Positions 37,768 to 45,434 of a stretch of 64,000 nucleotides of DNA are shown in pieces. Source of the DNA: Escherichia phage DaisyDussoix; sequence record MZ501058. One strand, 5' to 3'. The first letter of the stretch is position 1. Each line of letters opens with the position of its first letter. Under the pieces are notes generated by a model that saw nothing but the letters and a program-made list of their open reading frames with translations, did no database searches and was not told where the DNA came from. The position numbers and the translations under genes are program-made.

Positions 37768-38712
37768 ATGTTTACTAAAAATATGAAAGAACTGACTTCT
37801 GAGCAAAAAGTAATTCGCACTATTAAACGTTGGGGTATTGGTGCTGTAGTTGGTTTAGCAGGTTTAATCCTAGCTTTTAATTCATATACTATTGTTTCTG
37901 ATGGTACGGTTAAAACCCAAACATTTCTTGGTAAAGTAGATCCTAATCCAGTATTACCTGGTTTCCATCTTGTAAACCCATTTGCATCTTTCGATACTTT
38001 TAGTACAAAAGATATTGCTGTAAAATTAGATAAACTTCAGGTTCCTAGCCAGGATAAGTTTAAATCCACTGTTGACCTGACTGTTATGTTGCAGTTTGAC
38101 GGTTCTAAGGCACCGATCAACCGTATTAATGCAGGTACTCAGGATCAGGCTCTAGATAAGTACGTAACTGAAAAATTACTGTCTACTATTCGTGAGTTTG
38201 GTAAGTCTGTACCTAAAGCACAAGATTTATTTGATGCTAAAATTCAGGCTCAATTGCAAACTGCAATTCAACAGGAAGTTGAAGAGTATGCACGCCCTTA
38301 TGGTTACACAGTTAAGCAAGTGTTCCTTCAGGATATTACGTTGCCACCGGTAATCATGGAACAGGTACAAAATACCAAAGTTCGTGAAGAACAGGTTAAT
38401 GCTGCGAAAGCTGAGTTGGCTCGTGTTGAACAAGAAGCACAGCAGAAGGTTAAACAAGCAGAAGCAGATCGTGAAGCTCGTAACAACCAAGCTATTGCAA
38501 ACGAACGTGATGCAGATGCTAAACTGTACGCAGCTAAGAAAGAAGCCGAAGCTAACGCCGCGCTGCAACGTACTATTACTCCTGAGATGATTCGCTGGAA
38601 ACAACTAGAAGTTGAAATGATTCGTGCTCAGAAATATCAAGGTGGTGTACCGCAAACAGTGGTTGGCACTGGTTATGATGGCCAGATGATTATGGATATG
38701 CGTAACAAGTAA
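37768..38712 (+). CDS. SPFH/band-7 (stomatin/prohibitin-like) membrane protein
   Basis: N-terminal TM (WGIGAVVGLAGLILAF), band-7 core, long Ala/Glu/Gln coiled-coil tail. Confidence 0.6.
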   Translation: MFTKNMKELTSEQKVIRTIKRWGIGAVVGLAGLILAFNSYTIVSDGTVKTQTFLGKVDPNPVLPGFHLVNPFASFDTFSTKDIAVKLDKLQVPSQDKFKSTVDLTVMLQFDGSKAPINRINAGTQDQALDKYVTEKLLSTIREFGKSVPKAQDLFDAKIQAQLQTAIQQEVEEYARPYGYTVKQVFLQDITLPPVIMEQVQNTKVREEQVNAAKAELARVEQEAQQKVKQAEADREARNNQAIANERDADAKLYAAKKEAEANAALQRTITPEMIRWKQLEVEMIRAQKYQGGVPQTVVGTGYDGQMIMDMRNK

Positions 38713-38735
38713 TATCCGCATGTAATCTCTGAAGT

Positions 38736-38770
38736 AAACCCTGTGTTCCCTGGAGAGCGCAGGGTTTTTC
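38736..38770 (+). terminator. intrinsic terminator
   Basis: AACCCUG...CAGGGUU + UUUUCUGU. Confidence 0.55.
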
Positions 38771-39327
38771 TGTATAACGTATTTATAAAATCAACTAGGA
38801 GATCAAATATGAGTGTTGATGAGTTGACCCGGCACCTTCTATCTAGAGGGTTTGATACAGATAAATATCATTGCTGGTTAAGTCCGGAAGGATGGCTAAC
38901 AGTCCCGTTGTATGATTTCTCTGGGATGTTGAGGGGCTATCAGACGTATAATCCTTCTGCTCCAAAAGGTCATGGTAAGTGTCCCTTTGAGGCTAAATAT
39001 TTTACCTACTCTACTACCCAGTGTGTATGGGGACTAGAAACTCTCAATGGAGATGAAAAAGTAGTATTGATTGCTGAATCTGTATTTAAGGCAGTTGCAT
39101 TACATAATGCTGGTTATCCAGCCCTAGCAATGTTGGGTTCTACCCCAGGAAAAGCGTTATTAAAGCAACTGAAATTACTACCTTTTAAATTGGTAGCTGT
39201 CGGGGATAATGATCCTGCGGGTGAAAAATTTGCTAGAAAATTAAACGGCTTTGTTTCTCCTGTAGATGTGGATGAGATGTCTACCGAAAACTTGAAAAAT
39301 TTTCTTGCTATGAAGCTAAATTTCTAA
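38743..39327 (+). CDS. TOPRIM-domain protein (likely start ATG about 38809)
   Basis: VVLIAESVFKAVAL ... LVAVGDNDPAGEKFARKL TOPRIM-like E/DxD pattern. Confidence 0.45.
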   Translation: MFPGERRVFLYNVFIKSTRRSNMSVDELTRHLLSRGFDTDKYHCWLSPEGWLTVPLYDFSGMLRGYQTYNPSAPKGHGKCPFEAKYFTYSTTQCVWGLETLNGDEKVVLIAESVFKAVALHNAGYPALAMLGSTPGKALLKQLKLLPFKLVAVGDNDPAGEKFARKLNGFVSPVDVDEMSTENLKNFLAMKLNF

Positions 39328-39338
39328 TATAATATATC
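39295..39338 (+). promoter_or_regulatory. T5-type sigma70 promoter for tRNA transcription
   Basis: TTTCTTGCTA-N17-TATAAT inside 3' end of preceding ORF. Confidence 0.55.
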
Positions 39339-39348
39339 TTATAAATTC

Positions 39349-39437
39349 GGAAGAATAGCATAACGGTATTGCAGCAGATTGCTAATCTGTCGGTTTGAAA
39401 TATAGCCTTGTGGGTTCGATTCCCACTTCTTCCGCCA
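39349..39437 (+). tRNA. tRNA-Ser (anticodon GCU), type II
   Basis: acceptor GGAAGAA/UUCUUCC, anticodon loop UUGCUAA, long variable arm, T-loop UUCGAUU, CCA. Confidence 0.65.
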
Positions 39438-39444
39438 AATTCTG

Positions 39445-39521
39445 GTTCTCAAGCTCATATGGTATGAGCACCCAGCTCATAACTGGAAGGTACGTAGGTT
39501 CGAATCCTCGGGGAGCCACCA
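39445..39521 (+). tRNA. tRNA with CAU anticodon (Met or Ile-lysidine)
   Basis: acceptor GGUUCUC/GGGAGCC, anticodon loop CUCAUAA; T-stem imperfect. Confidence 0.5.
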
Positions 39522-39540
39522 ACTTAATTAGGGGATTACA

Positions 39541-39730
39541 AGTGGAATTATACATAGTTTATGTTGTGTTTATTCAAGATAGAGAATACCCTGATGAATA
39601 TAAAAAAGGATATAGGTTAGCCAGAGCTACCTCTGAAGCCCAAGCTATGGATAAAGTGGCAGATTATATGATTACGGTAGAAAACGTACACTATATCGAC
39701 TACCTTGAGGCCTCAAAAGTAATTGACTAA
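39541..39730 (+). CDS. hypothetical small protein (GTG start after tRNA)
   Basis: AGGGGA RBS; 5' part of track ORF 39395..39730 overlaps tRNAs and is rejected. Confidence 0.3.
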
Positions 39731-39739
39731 GGAGACTAT

Positions 39740-39925
39740 ATGTCCAAGTTTCAAGAACTCAAGCAAGAGCTAGAAGAATGTGCCTGCCCTGAGTGTAGGG
39801 GAATTGGTGAAAGTTCTGATGCAGAAGCAGGAGATACTTTTTGCAATATCTGGGTTTGCCCAAATTGCAATGGTACAGGTATTAATCCTAACTGTGGTAT
39901 TTCTCTAGATATTGAAAGAGGGTAA
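39740..39925 (+). CDS. Cys-rich zinc-ribbon-like mini-protein
   Basis: CACPECRG ... CPNCNGTG. Confidence 0.4.
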   Translation: MSKFQELKQELEECACPECRGIGESSDAEAGDTFCNIWVCPNCNGTGINPNCGISLDIERG

Positions 39926-40026
39926 TATCTGTGAAACTAAAAGATTATTATATTGGTTGGTTTGTGGGACTAGTAGTAGGATTTTCACTAGGCTATAATA
40001 TGTATCAACTAATAAACTGATTACAC

Positions 40027-40103
40027 GGGGGTGTAATCGAATTGGCATAGGTACTGGACTTAAAATTCAGGTTTTGTGGGTTCGAATCCCACCACCCCTA
40101 CCA
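40027..40103 (+). tRNA. tRNA, apparent anticodon UAA (Leu-like) with short variable arm (atypical)
   Basis: acceptor GGGGGUG/CACCCCU, anticodon loop CUUAAAA, T-loop UUCGAAU, CCA; D-arm unclear. Confidence 0.45.
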
Positions 40104-40278
40104 AATTAAGGAAATAAGATGTATAGACCTCCACCTCCGCCAACACGTCGTTCTAGAGAAGTTATCCTCATGGAATTGACTAAAAACTTCAAGGCAACTC
40201 TTGAAGATAGAGATTTAGGCACGGATGAAGACATTGATTTTATTTGTAGACTATTAAAGATGAAACTGGAGAAACAAC

Positions 40279-40485
40279 ATGGCTAATCCTGAAATTACCG
40301 CACAACGTTTCATGCTTAAAGGCATGATTGCTGAAGCAGGTATGACTCAAGAGGTTGCAGACTTTCATAAGCAAATTCTTGATATTATAACCCTAGCTAA
40401 AGAGACTGGAGAAAAAGAGCACGCAGCAGCAATTATGGCTATATCTCTTATTAGTCTAGACTTGGCTGAAGAATCTGGAGTTTAG
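40279..40485 (+). CDS. hypothetical small protein
   Basis: ORF track 68 aa. Confidence 0.4.
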   Translation: MANPEITAQRFMLKGMIAEAGMTQEVADFHKQILDIITLAKETGEKEHAAAIMAISLISLDLAEESGV

Positions 40486-40505
40486 CTCCTCCAAATAGAA
40501 TTTTT

Positions 40506-40550
40506 AAAAATGTACTTGCCTTTTGCTTTAAATTTCTGATATAATAGTTA
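40506..40550 (+). promoter_or_regulatory. T5-type sigma70 promoter
   Basis: AAAAATGTACTTGCCT-N18-TATAAT. Confidence 0.5.
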
Positions 40551-40575
40551 TATAAATTGATGAAGGAGTTAACTA

Positions 40576-40851
40576 ATGCAAAATCGTGTTATAGCAACTG
40601 GTATTGAAAGTGCAATCTGTAAATCCTGGGAAGGCTGGGAAGGTGAGATTGAATGGCTTTATTTCTACGATGTAGAACTTCTGCCGGAAGTTAAAGCTAA
40701 ATGTGTTGAAGCTGGAATGGCTCCAGATGCAAAAGCTGATATTGATATTTCAATGTCTGAACTTAAAGGCCGTGTAATTACTGTTAGTGATGAGGGTGAA
40801 GAAGTTTTCGAACTTCCATTCTCCTTAACTGTCACTCCTAAGTTCGACTAA
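40576..40851 (+). CDS. hypothetical acidic protein
   Basis: AAGGAG RBS; 91 aa. Confidence 0.45.
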   Translation: MQNRVIATGIESAICKSWEGWEGEIEWLYFYDVELLPEVKAKCVEAGMAPDAKADIDISMSELKGRVITVSDEGEEVFELPFSLTVTPKFD

Positions 40852-40877
40852 CTAATACAGCACTGAGCAAGTTCTTT

Positions 40878-40920
40878 AAAATTTGACTTGCTCAGTGCCT
40901 TAAAACTTGGTATAATAGTT
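40878..40920 (+). promoter_or_regulatory. T5-type sigma70 promoter for tRNA operon
   Basis: TTGACTTGCTC-N17-TATAAT. Confidence 0.5.
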
Positions 40921-40932
40921 ATCTAATTTGGA

Positions 40933-40982
40933 AACATATTTAAAAGTGTTTAAACTAGTATTTTAGTACTTTTAAATATGTT
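40933..40982 (+). repeat. 15-bp perfect inverted repeat with 20-nt spacer between promoter and tRNA-Tyr
   Basis: AACATATTTAAAAGT ... ACTTTTAAATATGTT. Confidence 0.6.
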
Positions 40983-41059
40983 GGATTAGTATCGTAGAGG
41001 TAGCGAAGCAGACTGTAAATCTGCCGACTCGGGTGGTTCGACTCCATCATCCAACACCA
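40980..41059 (+). tRNA. tRNA-Tyr (anticodon GUA)
   Basis: acceptor GUUGGAU/AUCCAAC, anticodon stem GCAGA/UCUGC loop CUGUAAA, CCA. Confidence 0.55.
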
Positions 41060-41066
41060 AATTTAA

Positions 41067-41143
41067 GTCCTGTTAGACAAACTGGTAAAGTCACTACCCT
41101 TTCAAGGTAGGATTTGCGGGTTCGATCCCCGCACAGGACGCCA
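41067..41143 (+). tRNA. tRNA-Glu (anticodon UUC)
   Basis: acceptor GUCCUGU/ACAGGAC, anticodon stem CUACC/GGUAG loop CUUUCAA, T-loop UUCGAUC, CCA. Confidence 0.65.
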
Positions 41144-41152
41144 ATTTCTGCA

Positions 41153-41228
41153 TTCCTAGAGTGTTACTGGACAGCATGTCGGTCTCCAAAACCGTACGGT
41201 CTAGGTTCGAGTCCTAGTAGGTTTGCCA
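41153..41228 (+). tRNA. tRNA-like gene, possible Trp (anticodon CCA); acceptor pairing poor
   Basis: T-arm CUAGG-UUCGAGU-CCUAG, anticodon loop CUCCAAA, CCA end; 5' acceptor strand not resolved. Confidence 0.35.
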
Positions 41229-41234
41229 AAATTT

Positions 41235-41309
41235 GCACCTTTAGCTGAGATGGATTAGCGCTTGCCTGAAGAGCTTGAGAGGTTCGTTCGATACGAACAG
41301 GGTGCACCA
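41235..41309 (+). tRNA. tRNA, probable Phe (anticodon GAA)
   Basis: acceptor GCACCUU/AGGGUGC, T-arm GUUCG-UUCGAUA-CGAAC, loop CUGAAGA, CCA. Confidence 0.45.
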
Positions 41310-41311
41310 AA

Positions 41312-41599
41312 TTGAAGGAGCTGCTGATGCATCCTGAAAACTTCTTTATTTACTGCGCGGATAAGTCGCTGAAACGTAGAATTAACAAAGTCTATCATTA
41401 TCGTGCTAGTCAACAGCCTTATGTATACGCTTTTGACGGTAATCACATTCCATTAGAACAATTATCCTGTGATTACATGATATTGAAGAACTTTGACGAG
41501 ACAAAGATCTCAAGCGTTCACAATCGACAGAATCCATTAACGTGGAAACATAAGAAGAAAAAGAAAGGTATCAAATTCTTAAAAAATGTAGTTGCTTAG
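41312..41599 (+). CDS. hypothetical protein (likely start ATG 41327)
   Basis: AAGGAG RBS before MHPENFF; 3' end carries next promoter. Confidence 0.4.
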   Translation: MKELLMHPENFFIYCADKSLKRRINKVYHYRASQQPYVYAFDGNHIPLEQLSCDYMILKNFDETKISSVHNRQNPLTWKHKKKKKGIKFLKNVVA

Positions 41600-41625
41600 T
41601 TTCCAAAAGTTCTGTATAATAATTA
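41582..41625 (+). promoter_or_regulatory. T5-type sigma70 promoter
   Basis: AAAAATGTAGTTGCTT-N17-TATAAT. Confidence 0.55.
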
Positions 41626-41667
41626 CATAAATTGAACTGGAGAAGCAACATGACAGAACAAGATAAA

Positions 41668-41743
41668 CCGACCGTTGGCTGAATGGCTTAGGCGAAGGAT
41701 TGCAAATCCTTTTTATGTGAGTTCAAATCTCATGCGGTCGTCC
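41668..41743 (+). tRNA. tRNA-Cys (anticodon GCA)
   Basis: acceptor CGACCGU/GCGGUCG, anticodon stem AAGGA/UCCUU loop UUGCAAA, T-loop UUCAAAU, CCA. Confidence 0.6.
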
Positions 41744-41765
41744 AAATTACTAAAGGAAAGAAGTA

Positions 41766-42284
41766 GTGCATACAAAAGTTTTTGATAGTTTGGTAAAGAA
41801 AGGCGTTGTTACTAATGAGCCCTTCTGTATAACCGCAGAACTAATCCAAAGATTTATGGAAGAATATATAAATCTTTCAGGAACCAATGGTAACACCAAA
41901 AAGAATACAAATACTATGTATTCGAGAAAACTTGCTGCACTTTCCTTTATAAAGTTTAAGCAGGAAAATAAACTTCCTATTTCTGAAGGTTTTGTATACT
42001 GTATTAGTAATCCTGCATGGAAAAATCAGTATAAAATAGGTATGAGTCAAAATCCGAAGGAGAGATTAGCTCAATATCAGACTTATTCCCCTTATAGGGA
42101 TTATAAGTTAGAGCATTGGTCTTTTTGGTTTGACAAACGAAAAGGTGAAAAACTAATTCACCAGTATTTCAAAGATTTAAAAGAACATGAGTGGTTTAGT
42201 ATAAATTCTAGGGATCTTAGTAAATATCTAGGACGTATTAACTCTAGTTCTGACTTATATGGTTCCTTAGCTCTAATTGGTTAG
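41766..42284 (+). CDS. T5orf172-domain protein (GIY-YIG-like nuclease superfamily)
   Basis: 172 aa; GFVYCISNPAWKNQYKIGMSQNPKERLAQY core; 3' end overlaps tRNA-Asn start. Confidence 0.65.
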   Translation: MHTKVFDSLVKKGVVTNEPFCITAELIQRFMEEYINLSGTNGNTKKNTNTMYSRKLAALSFIKFKQENKLPISEGFVYCISNPAWKNQYKIGMSQNPKERLAQYQTYSPYRDYKLEHWSFWFDKRKGEKLIHQYFKDLKEHEWFSINSRDLSKYLGRINSSSDLYGSLALIG

Positions 42285-42338
42285 AGCGGCATCTTGTTAA
42301 GTTGAGGGTTGCTGGTTCGAATCCAGCAGGAACCGCCA
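42261..42338 (+). tRNA. tRNA-Asn (anticodon GUU)
   Basis: acceptor GGUUCCU/AGGAACC perfect, D-stem GCUC/GAGC, loop UUGUUAA, T-loop UUCGAAU, CCA. Confidence 0.55.
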
Positions 42339-42440
42339 AATTCTGTGTAGAGTTAAGTAAACCGGTAGCCAACCAGCTATCATTGCTGACATCGAATTCA
42401 GCCACAGATACCATTTTCATTAATAACTGAGGAAACAAGC

Positions 42441-42626
42441 ATGTCCAAGAATGTGATTGCGCAGCTAGAAGTTCATCGTGATAGCACTATCAACAACATT
42501 GAAGTTGAAAAGAAATACATCGAAGAACTTAAACATGATATACTAGTAAGTCTCAACCGTCTTAATGTACGAAAAGAGTTTCTTAAAGAACTTAATGCAG
42601 CTATTGAAAAACTCAAAGCTGAGTAA
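42441..42626 (+). CDS. hypothetical coiled-coil mini-protein
   Basis: ORF track 61 aa; GAGGAAA RBS. Confidence 0.4.
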   Translation: MSKNVIAQLEVHRDSTINNIEVEKKYIEELKHDILVSLNRLNVRKEFLKELNAAIEKLKAE

Positions 42627-42635
42627 ATAAATTAT

Positions 42636-42712
42636 GCGACCGGGGCTGGCTTGGTAATGGTACTCCCCTGTCACGGGAGGGAATGTGGGTTCAAATCCCA
42701 TCGGTCGCGCCA
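42636..42712 (+). tRNA. tRNA-Asp (anticodon GUC)
   Basis: acceptor GCGACCG/CGGUCGC perfect, anticodon stem CUCCC/GGGAG loop CUGUCAC, T-loop UUCAAAU, CCA. Confidence 0.7.
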
Positions 42713-42737
42713 AATTAATTTAGTATGAGAATATACT

Positions 42738-43085
42738 ATGCGTAATGCAAAAGAAGAGCTGTTACTTGCCTTAAAAAATACTAATTCTGAAGTTAAATGT
42801 ATTAAAATAGAATTCGGGTATTATGGGGATAAAAAAGTTTGGGTATTGCCTTTAGGTTACACAGAAGAAGATATTGAGGATTTTCTTAATAACCTAGACT
42901 TTAAATATGACTCTGGATATGGTGGACAATTACTTTATGGTAATGTATGGTTTGCCGATGGAACTTGGTTAGAACGTGGTGAATATGATGGTTCTGAATG
43001 GTGGGAATATAAGGCTACACCAGCAATCCCAGAAGAATGCCGAACAATTAATGGTGAAGTAGATAATACTTTACGGTTAAACTAA
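42738..43085 (+). CDS. hypothetical protein
   Basis: ORF track 115 aa. Confidence 0.45.
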   Translation: MRNAKEELLLALKNTNSEVKCIKIEFGYYGDKKVWVLPLGYTEEDIEDFLNNLDFKYDSGYGGQLLYGNVWFADGTWLERGEYDGSEWWEYKATPAIPEECRTINGEVDNTLRLN

Positions 43086-43089
43086 TAAA

Positions 43090-43460
43090 ATTTCAGTGCA
43101 GAACACGGAGCTAGCAATTAGGAAGTGCTGACTCATGATAAGCTGCCTATGTACTTGCAAAGCGGTCGTGTCCAAGACTCGGACTCTTGCACTGAAAACA
43201 ATCAAACATTCTAGCGTGGTTGATGGGGAAACCAGCTTGGCTAGGGCAGAAGCTCGTTCGATTCGAGTGAAAGAATGGTTCTCGTAAGTCCGCACAAGTG
43301 ATAATAGGTTCGAGTCCTGTCTAGAATGACACTATAAAGTTTACTTATTATGTAGGTTCCGATAGATCGGAGGGTCTATTCTGGCATTTAAGAGAGGTCT
43401 CGCAAACGTCTTTGTCAGCCGTGGGGTTGGTAGCCTCCAGGTGGCCTACACAATAAGTAA
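43090..43460 (+). ncRNA. candidate structured stable RNAs (ORF-free), including a 121-nt tRNA-like element 43208..43328
   Basis: long-range stems UUCAGUGCA/UGCACUGAA (43092-43100 / 43188-43196) and AUUCUAG/CUAGAAU closing a T-arm (AUAGG-UUCGAGU-CCUGU). Confidence 0.35.
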
Positions 43461-43467
43461 ATTTATT

Positions 43468-43510
43468 AAAAATTCATTTGCTATTCTGCTTTATTATCTG
43501 TATAATATAT
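43468..43510 (+). promoter_or_regulatory. T5-type sigma70 promoter
   Basis: AAAAATTCATTTGCTA-N17-TATAAT. Confidence 0.6.
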
Positions 43511-43538
43511 TTTATAAAGTGAAGAGAAGGAAAGCTAA

Positions 43539-44114
43539 ATGGAAGGATTTAAGCCAATACCCGAGTATCCAGAATACTTAGTATCTGAGAAGGGAGAAAT
43601 ATACTCTACTATCAGTAATAAATATCTAAAACCTACTATAAACGGAAAAGGCTATTACCACTTTGCAGTACGTGAAGATACTAATAAGTATAAATGGCTC
43701 CAGCTGCACAGAGTCATATGCAGAGTTTATGGCAATCTCCCCTCTTTAGATAGTGAAATGGAAGTAGATCATAATGATCGTAATAAGCTTAATATACTCC
43801 CTAGTAATTTAGTTGCCAGAGAGAAGAAAGATCATTATGATAAAACTACACTGGAGAGAGGAAAAACTATAGGGGGCACTAGATGTATAGTCTGTAATAA
43901 GAGGATACACTCTGGTCGAGAATACTGTATAAATTGCAGCCCAGTTAAACAGACTAAATCTCCAGAGATTACCGCAGAACAGATAGAATATTGGGTATCA
44001 AAGTATTCCTGGACTAGAGCTGCAAAAGAGTTAAATTTATCTGATAATGGTCTACGAAAACGGTATACTAAATTAACAGGTAAATCCCCAAAAGAAATTA
44101 AAAAATCAGGGTAA
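43539..44114 (+). CDS. HNH homing endonuclease (NUMOD4/HNH + C-terminal HTH type)
   Basis: 191 aa; HRVICRVYG...EVDHNDRNKLNILPSNL; C-terminal RAAKELNLSDNGLRKRY HTH. Confidence 0.75.
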   Translation: MEGFKPIPEYPEYLVSEKGEIYSTISNKYLKPTINGKGYYHFAVREDTNKYKWLQLHRVICRVYGNLPSLDSEMEVDHNDRNKLNILPSNLVAREKKDHYDKTTLERGKTIGGTRCIVCNKRIHSGREYCINCSPVKQTKSPEITAEQIEYWVSKYSWTRAAKELNLSDNGLRKRYTKLTGKSPKEIKKSG

Positions 44115-44184
44115 GGGCGATAAGGTACGCCACCTCGTTTGGGGTGAGGAAATCTTTAGAGTTCGAGTCCTGCCGCACTGACCA
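44107..44184 (+). tRNA. tRNA-like gene, possible Pro (anticodon UGG); acceptor/T-stem imperfect
   Basis: anticodon stem CCUCG/UGAGG loop UUUGGGG, D-stem GGCG/CGCC, T-loop UUCGAGU, CCA; several mismatches. Confidence 0.35.
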
Positions 44185-44190
44185 AACAAC

Positions 44191-44268
44191 TGCGGGTTAG
44201 ATCTCTGGTAGAGATCGCTAGTCTCATAAGCTAGAAAGAGGTAGGTTCGATTCCTGCACCCGCTTCCA
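44191..44268 (+). tRNA. tRNA with CAU anticodon (Met or Ile-lysidine)
   Basis: D-stem GAUC/GAUC, anticodon stem CUAGU/GCUAG loop CUCAUAA, T-loop UUCGAUU, CCA. Confidence 0.55.
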
Positions 44269-44288
44269 CTTTAATAGAGGATTTCGAA

Positions 44289-44456
44289 ATGAAAGTATTT
44301 CGATTAGTAGTAAGTGACAAACGTTTAGGTAATAATACATCAAAATCCTTACTCGCTCATTACGGTAAAAATTGGGATGAAGTAATGGCAGAGTTTAGTA
44401 CTAATCACCCTTACTTGAAAGTTCACTCTATTAAAGAAGTGTACAATGGTTACTAA
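44289..44456 (+). CDS. hypothetical small protein (55 aa; below track cutoff)
   Basis: AGAGGA RBS then ATG; MKVFRLVVSDKRLGNN... Confidence 0.3.
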   Translation: MKVFRLVVSDKRLGNNTSKSLLAHYGKNWDEVMAEFSTNHPYLKVHSIKEVYNGY

Positions 44457-44457
44457 T

Positions 44458-44536
44458 AGATCGCTAGCTCAATAGGTTTAGTAGCATCCGACTTTTAATC
44501 GGAAGGTTCTGGGTTCGAGTCCCAGGCGATCTACCA
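44458..44536 (+). tRNA. tRNA-Lys (anticodon UUU)
   Basis: acceptor AGAUCGC/GCGAUCU perfect, anticodon stem UCCGA/UCGGA loop CUUUUAA, T-arm CUGGG-UUCGAGU-CCCAG, CCA. Confidence 0.65.
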
Positions 44537-44540
44537 AATT

Positions 44541-44614
44541 GCTCGGTTAGTTTAATGGGAGAACCCCGTCTTTACACGGCGGTTGAGATAGTTCAATTCT
44601 ATCACCGAGTACCA
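44541..44614 (+). tRNA. tRNA-Val (anticodon UAC)
   Basis: acceptor GCUCGGU/ACCGAGU, anticodon stem CCGUC/GGCGG loop UUUACAC, T-arm GAUAG-UUCAAUU-CUAUC, CCA. Confidence 0.6.
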
Positions 44615-44633
44615 ATTAACTCAAAATAAGGAA

Positions 44634-44993
44634 TTGCAAATGCAATTATCAAGCAAGATTCAAGGTTATTTCGGTCATGTAACAATGGAGTTCGCTATCT
44701 CTAAAGGTTGGGACTTCGAACAAGATTTAGCTGAGTTCTACAAAGATATTGATCTGAACGTACCATACATGGGACTTTCTACTGGTCAGGAGATCACAGA
44801 AGCCGATGTATTCAAGGCAAGTCAAGGTGAGGTAACACCTAGTTTTGCCGAGTTCTGGTTAGGCATTACGTTAAAAGAAGATGCACCAGATAGTGGTGTA
44901 CTAATGTCTAGTATGCACTCTGGAAGTTCCGATTACCTTTTCATTAGCGATGTTAAGGAAATACAAGAAGTCTGCAAAAATGTACTTGCTTGA
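44634..44993 (+). CDS. hypothetical protein
   Basis: ORF track 119 aa; next promoter sits in its 3' end. Confidence 0.45.
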   Translation: MQMQLSSKIQGYFGHVTMEFAISKGWDFEQDLAEFYKDIDLNVPYMGLSTGQEITEADVFKASQGEVTPSFAEFWLGITLKEDAPDSGVLMSSMHSGSSDYLFISDVKEIQEVCKNVLA

Positions 44994-45018
44994 TGCTTAA
45001 TTTCTTGTTATAATATTT
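44976..45018 (+). promoter_or_regulatory. T5-type sigma70 promoter
   Basis: AAAAATGTACTTGCTT-N17-TATAAT. Confidence 0.55.
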
Positions 45019-45029
45019 ATATAAATTGA

Positions 45030-45252
45030 TGGGGAGAAATCCTCATCATAGTTCACTAAGGTATTAGCTCGACCTAGGACTGGCTGCCAAAAAGCACGAT
45101 CCCTACAATTCGGGAGAAGTTCTAGATTAGTCCACTAGATTCAGCGGCAACTGAATAGTGTATCGGGTTTGCGAGATGACGCAGTTCCTTCCGCTCGAAG
45201 CGAAGGTGCTGTAGTTACGCCGAGCTAATAGCCTTAGTAAACTAAATAATTT
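45030..45252 (+). ncRNA. candidate structured leader / small RNA (ORF-free, hairpin-rich) ahead of tRNA-Ala
   Basis: hairpins GAUGGGG..CCUCAUC, UUCAG..CUGAA, CCUUCCGCUCGAAGCGAAGG. Confidence 0.25.
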
Positions 45253-45327
45253 GGGCGAATAGTGTCAGCGGGAGCACACCAGACTTGCAATCTGGTAGGG
45301 AGGGTTCGAGTCCCTCTTTGTCCACCA
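45253..45327 (+). tRNA. tRNA-Ala (anticodon UGC)
   Basis: acceptor GGGCGAA/UUUGUCC (G-U pairs), anticodon stem CCAGA/UCUGG loop CUUGCAA, T-arm GAGGG-UUCGAGU-CCCUC, CCA. Confidence 0.65.
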
Positions 45328-45332
45328 AATTC

Positions 45333-45417
45333 GGGGCTATGCTGGAACTGGTAGACAATACGGCCTTAGATTCCGTAGCTTAAATGCGTGGGAGTTCGAG
45401 TCTCCCTAGCCCCACCA
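45333..45417 (+). tRNA. tRNA-Leu (anticodon UAG), type II
   Basis: acceptor GGGGCUA/UAGCCCC perfect, loop CUUAGAU, long variable arm, T-arm GGGAG-UUCGAGU-CUCCC, CCA. Confidence 0.6.
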
Positions 45418-45434
45418 ACTCATAGGATTTATGT

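Noticed and set aside
39395-39540. 5' portion of track ORF 39395..39730
   Set aside because: Runs straight through tRNA-Ser and the following CAU tRNA; only the part after 39541 (GTG with RBS) is plausibly coding.
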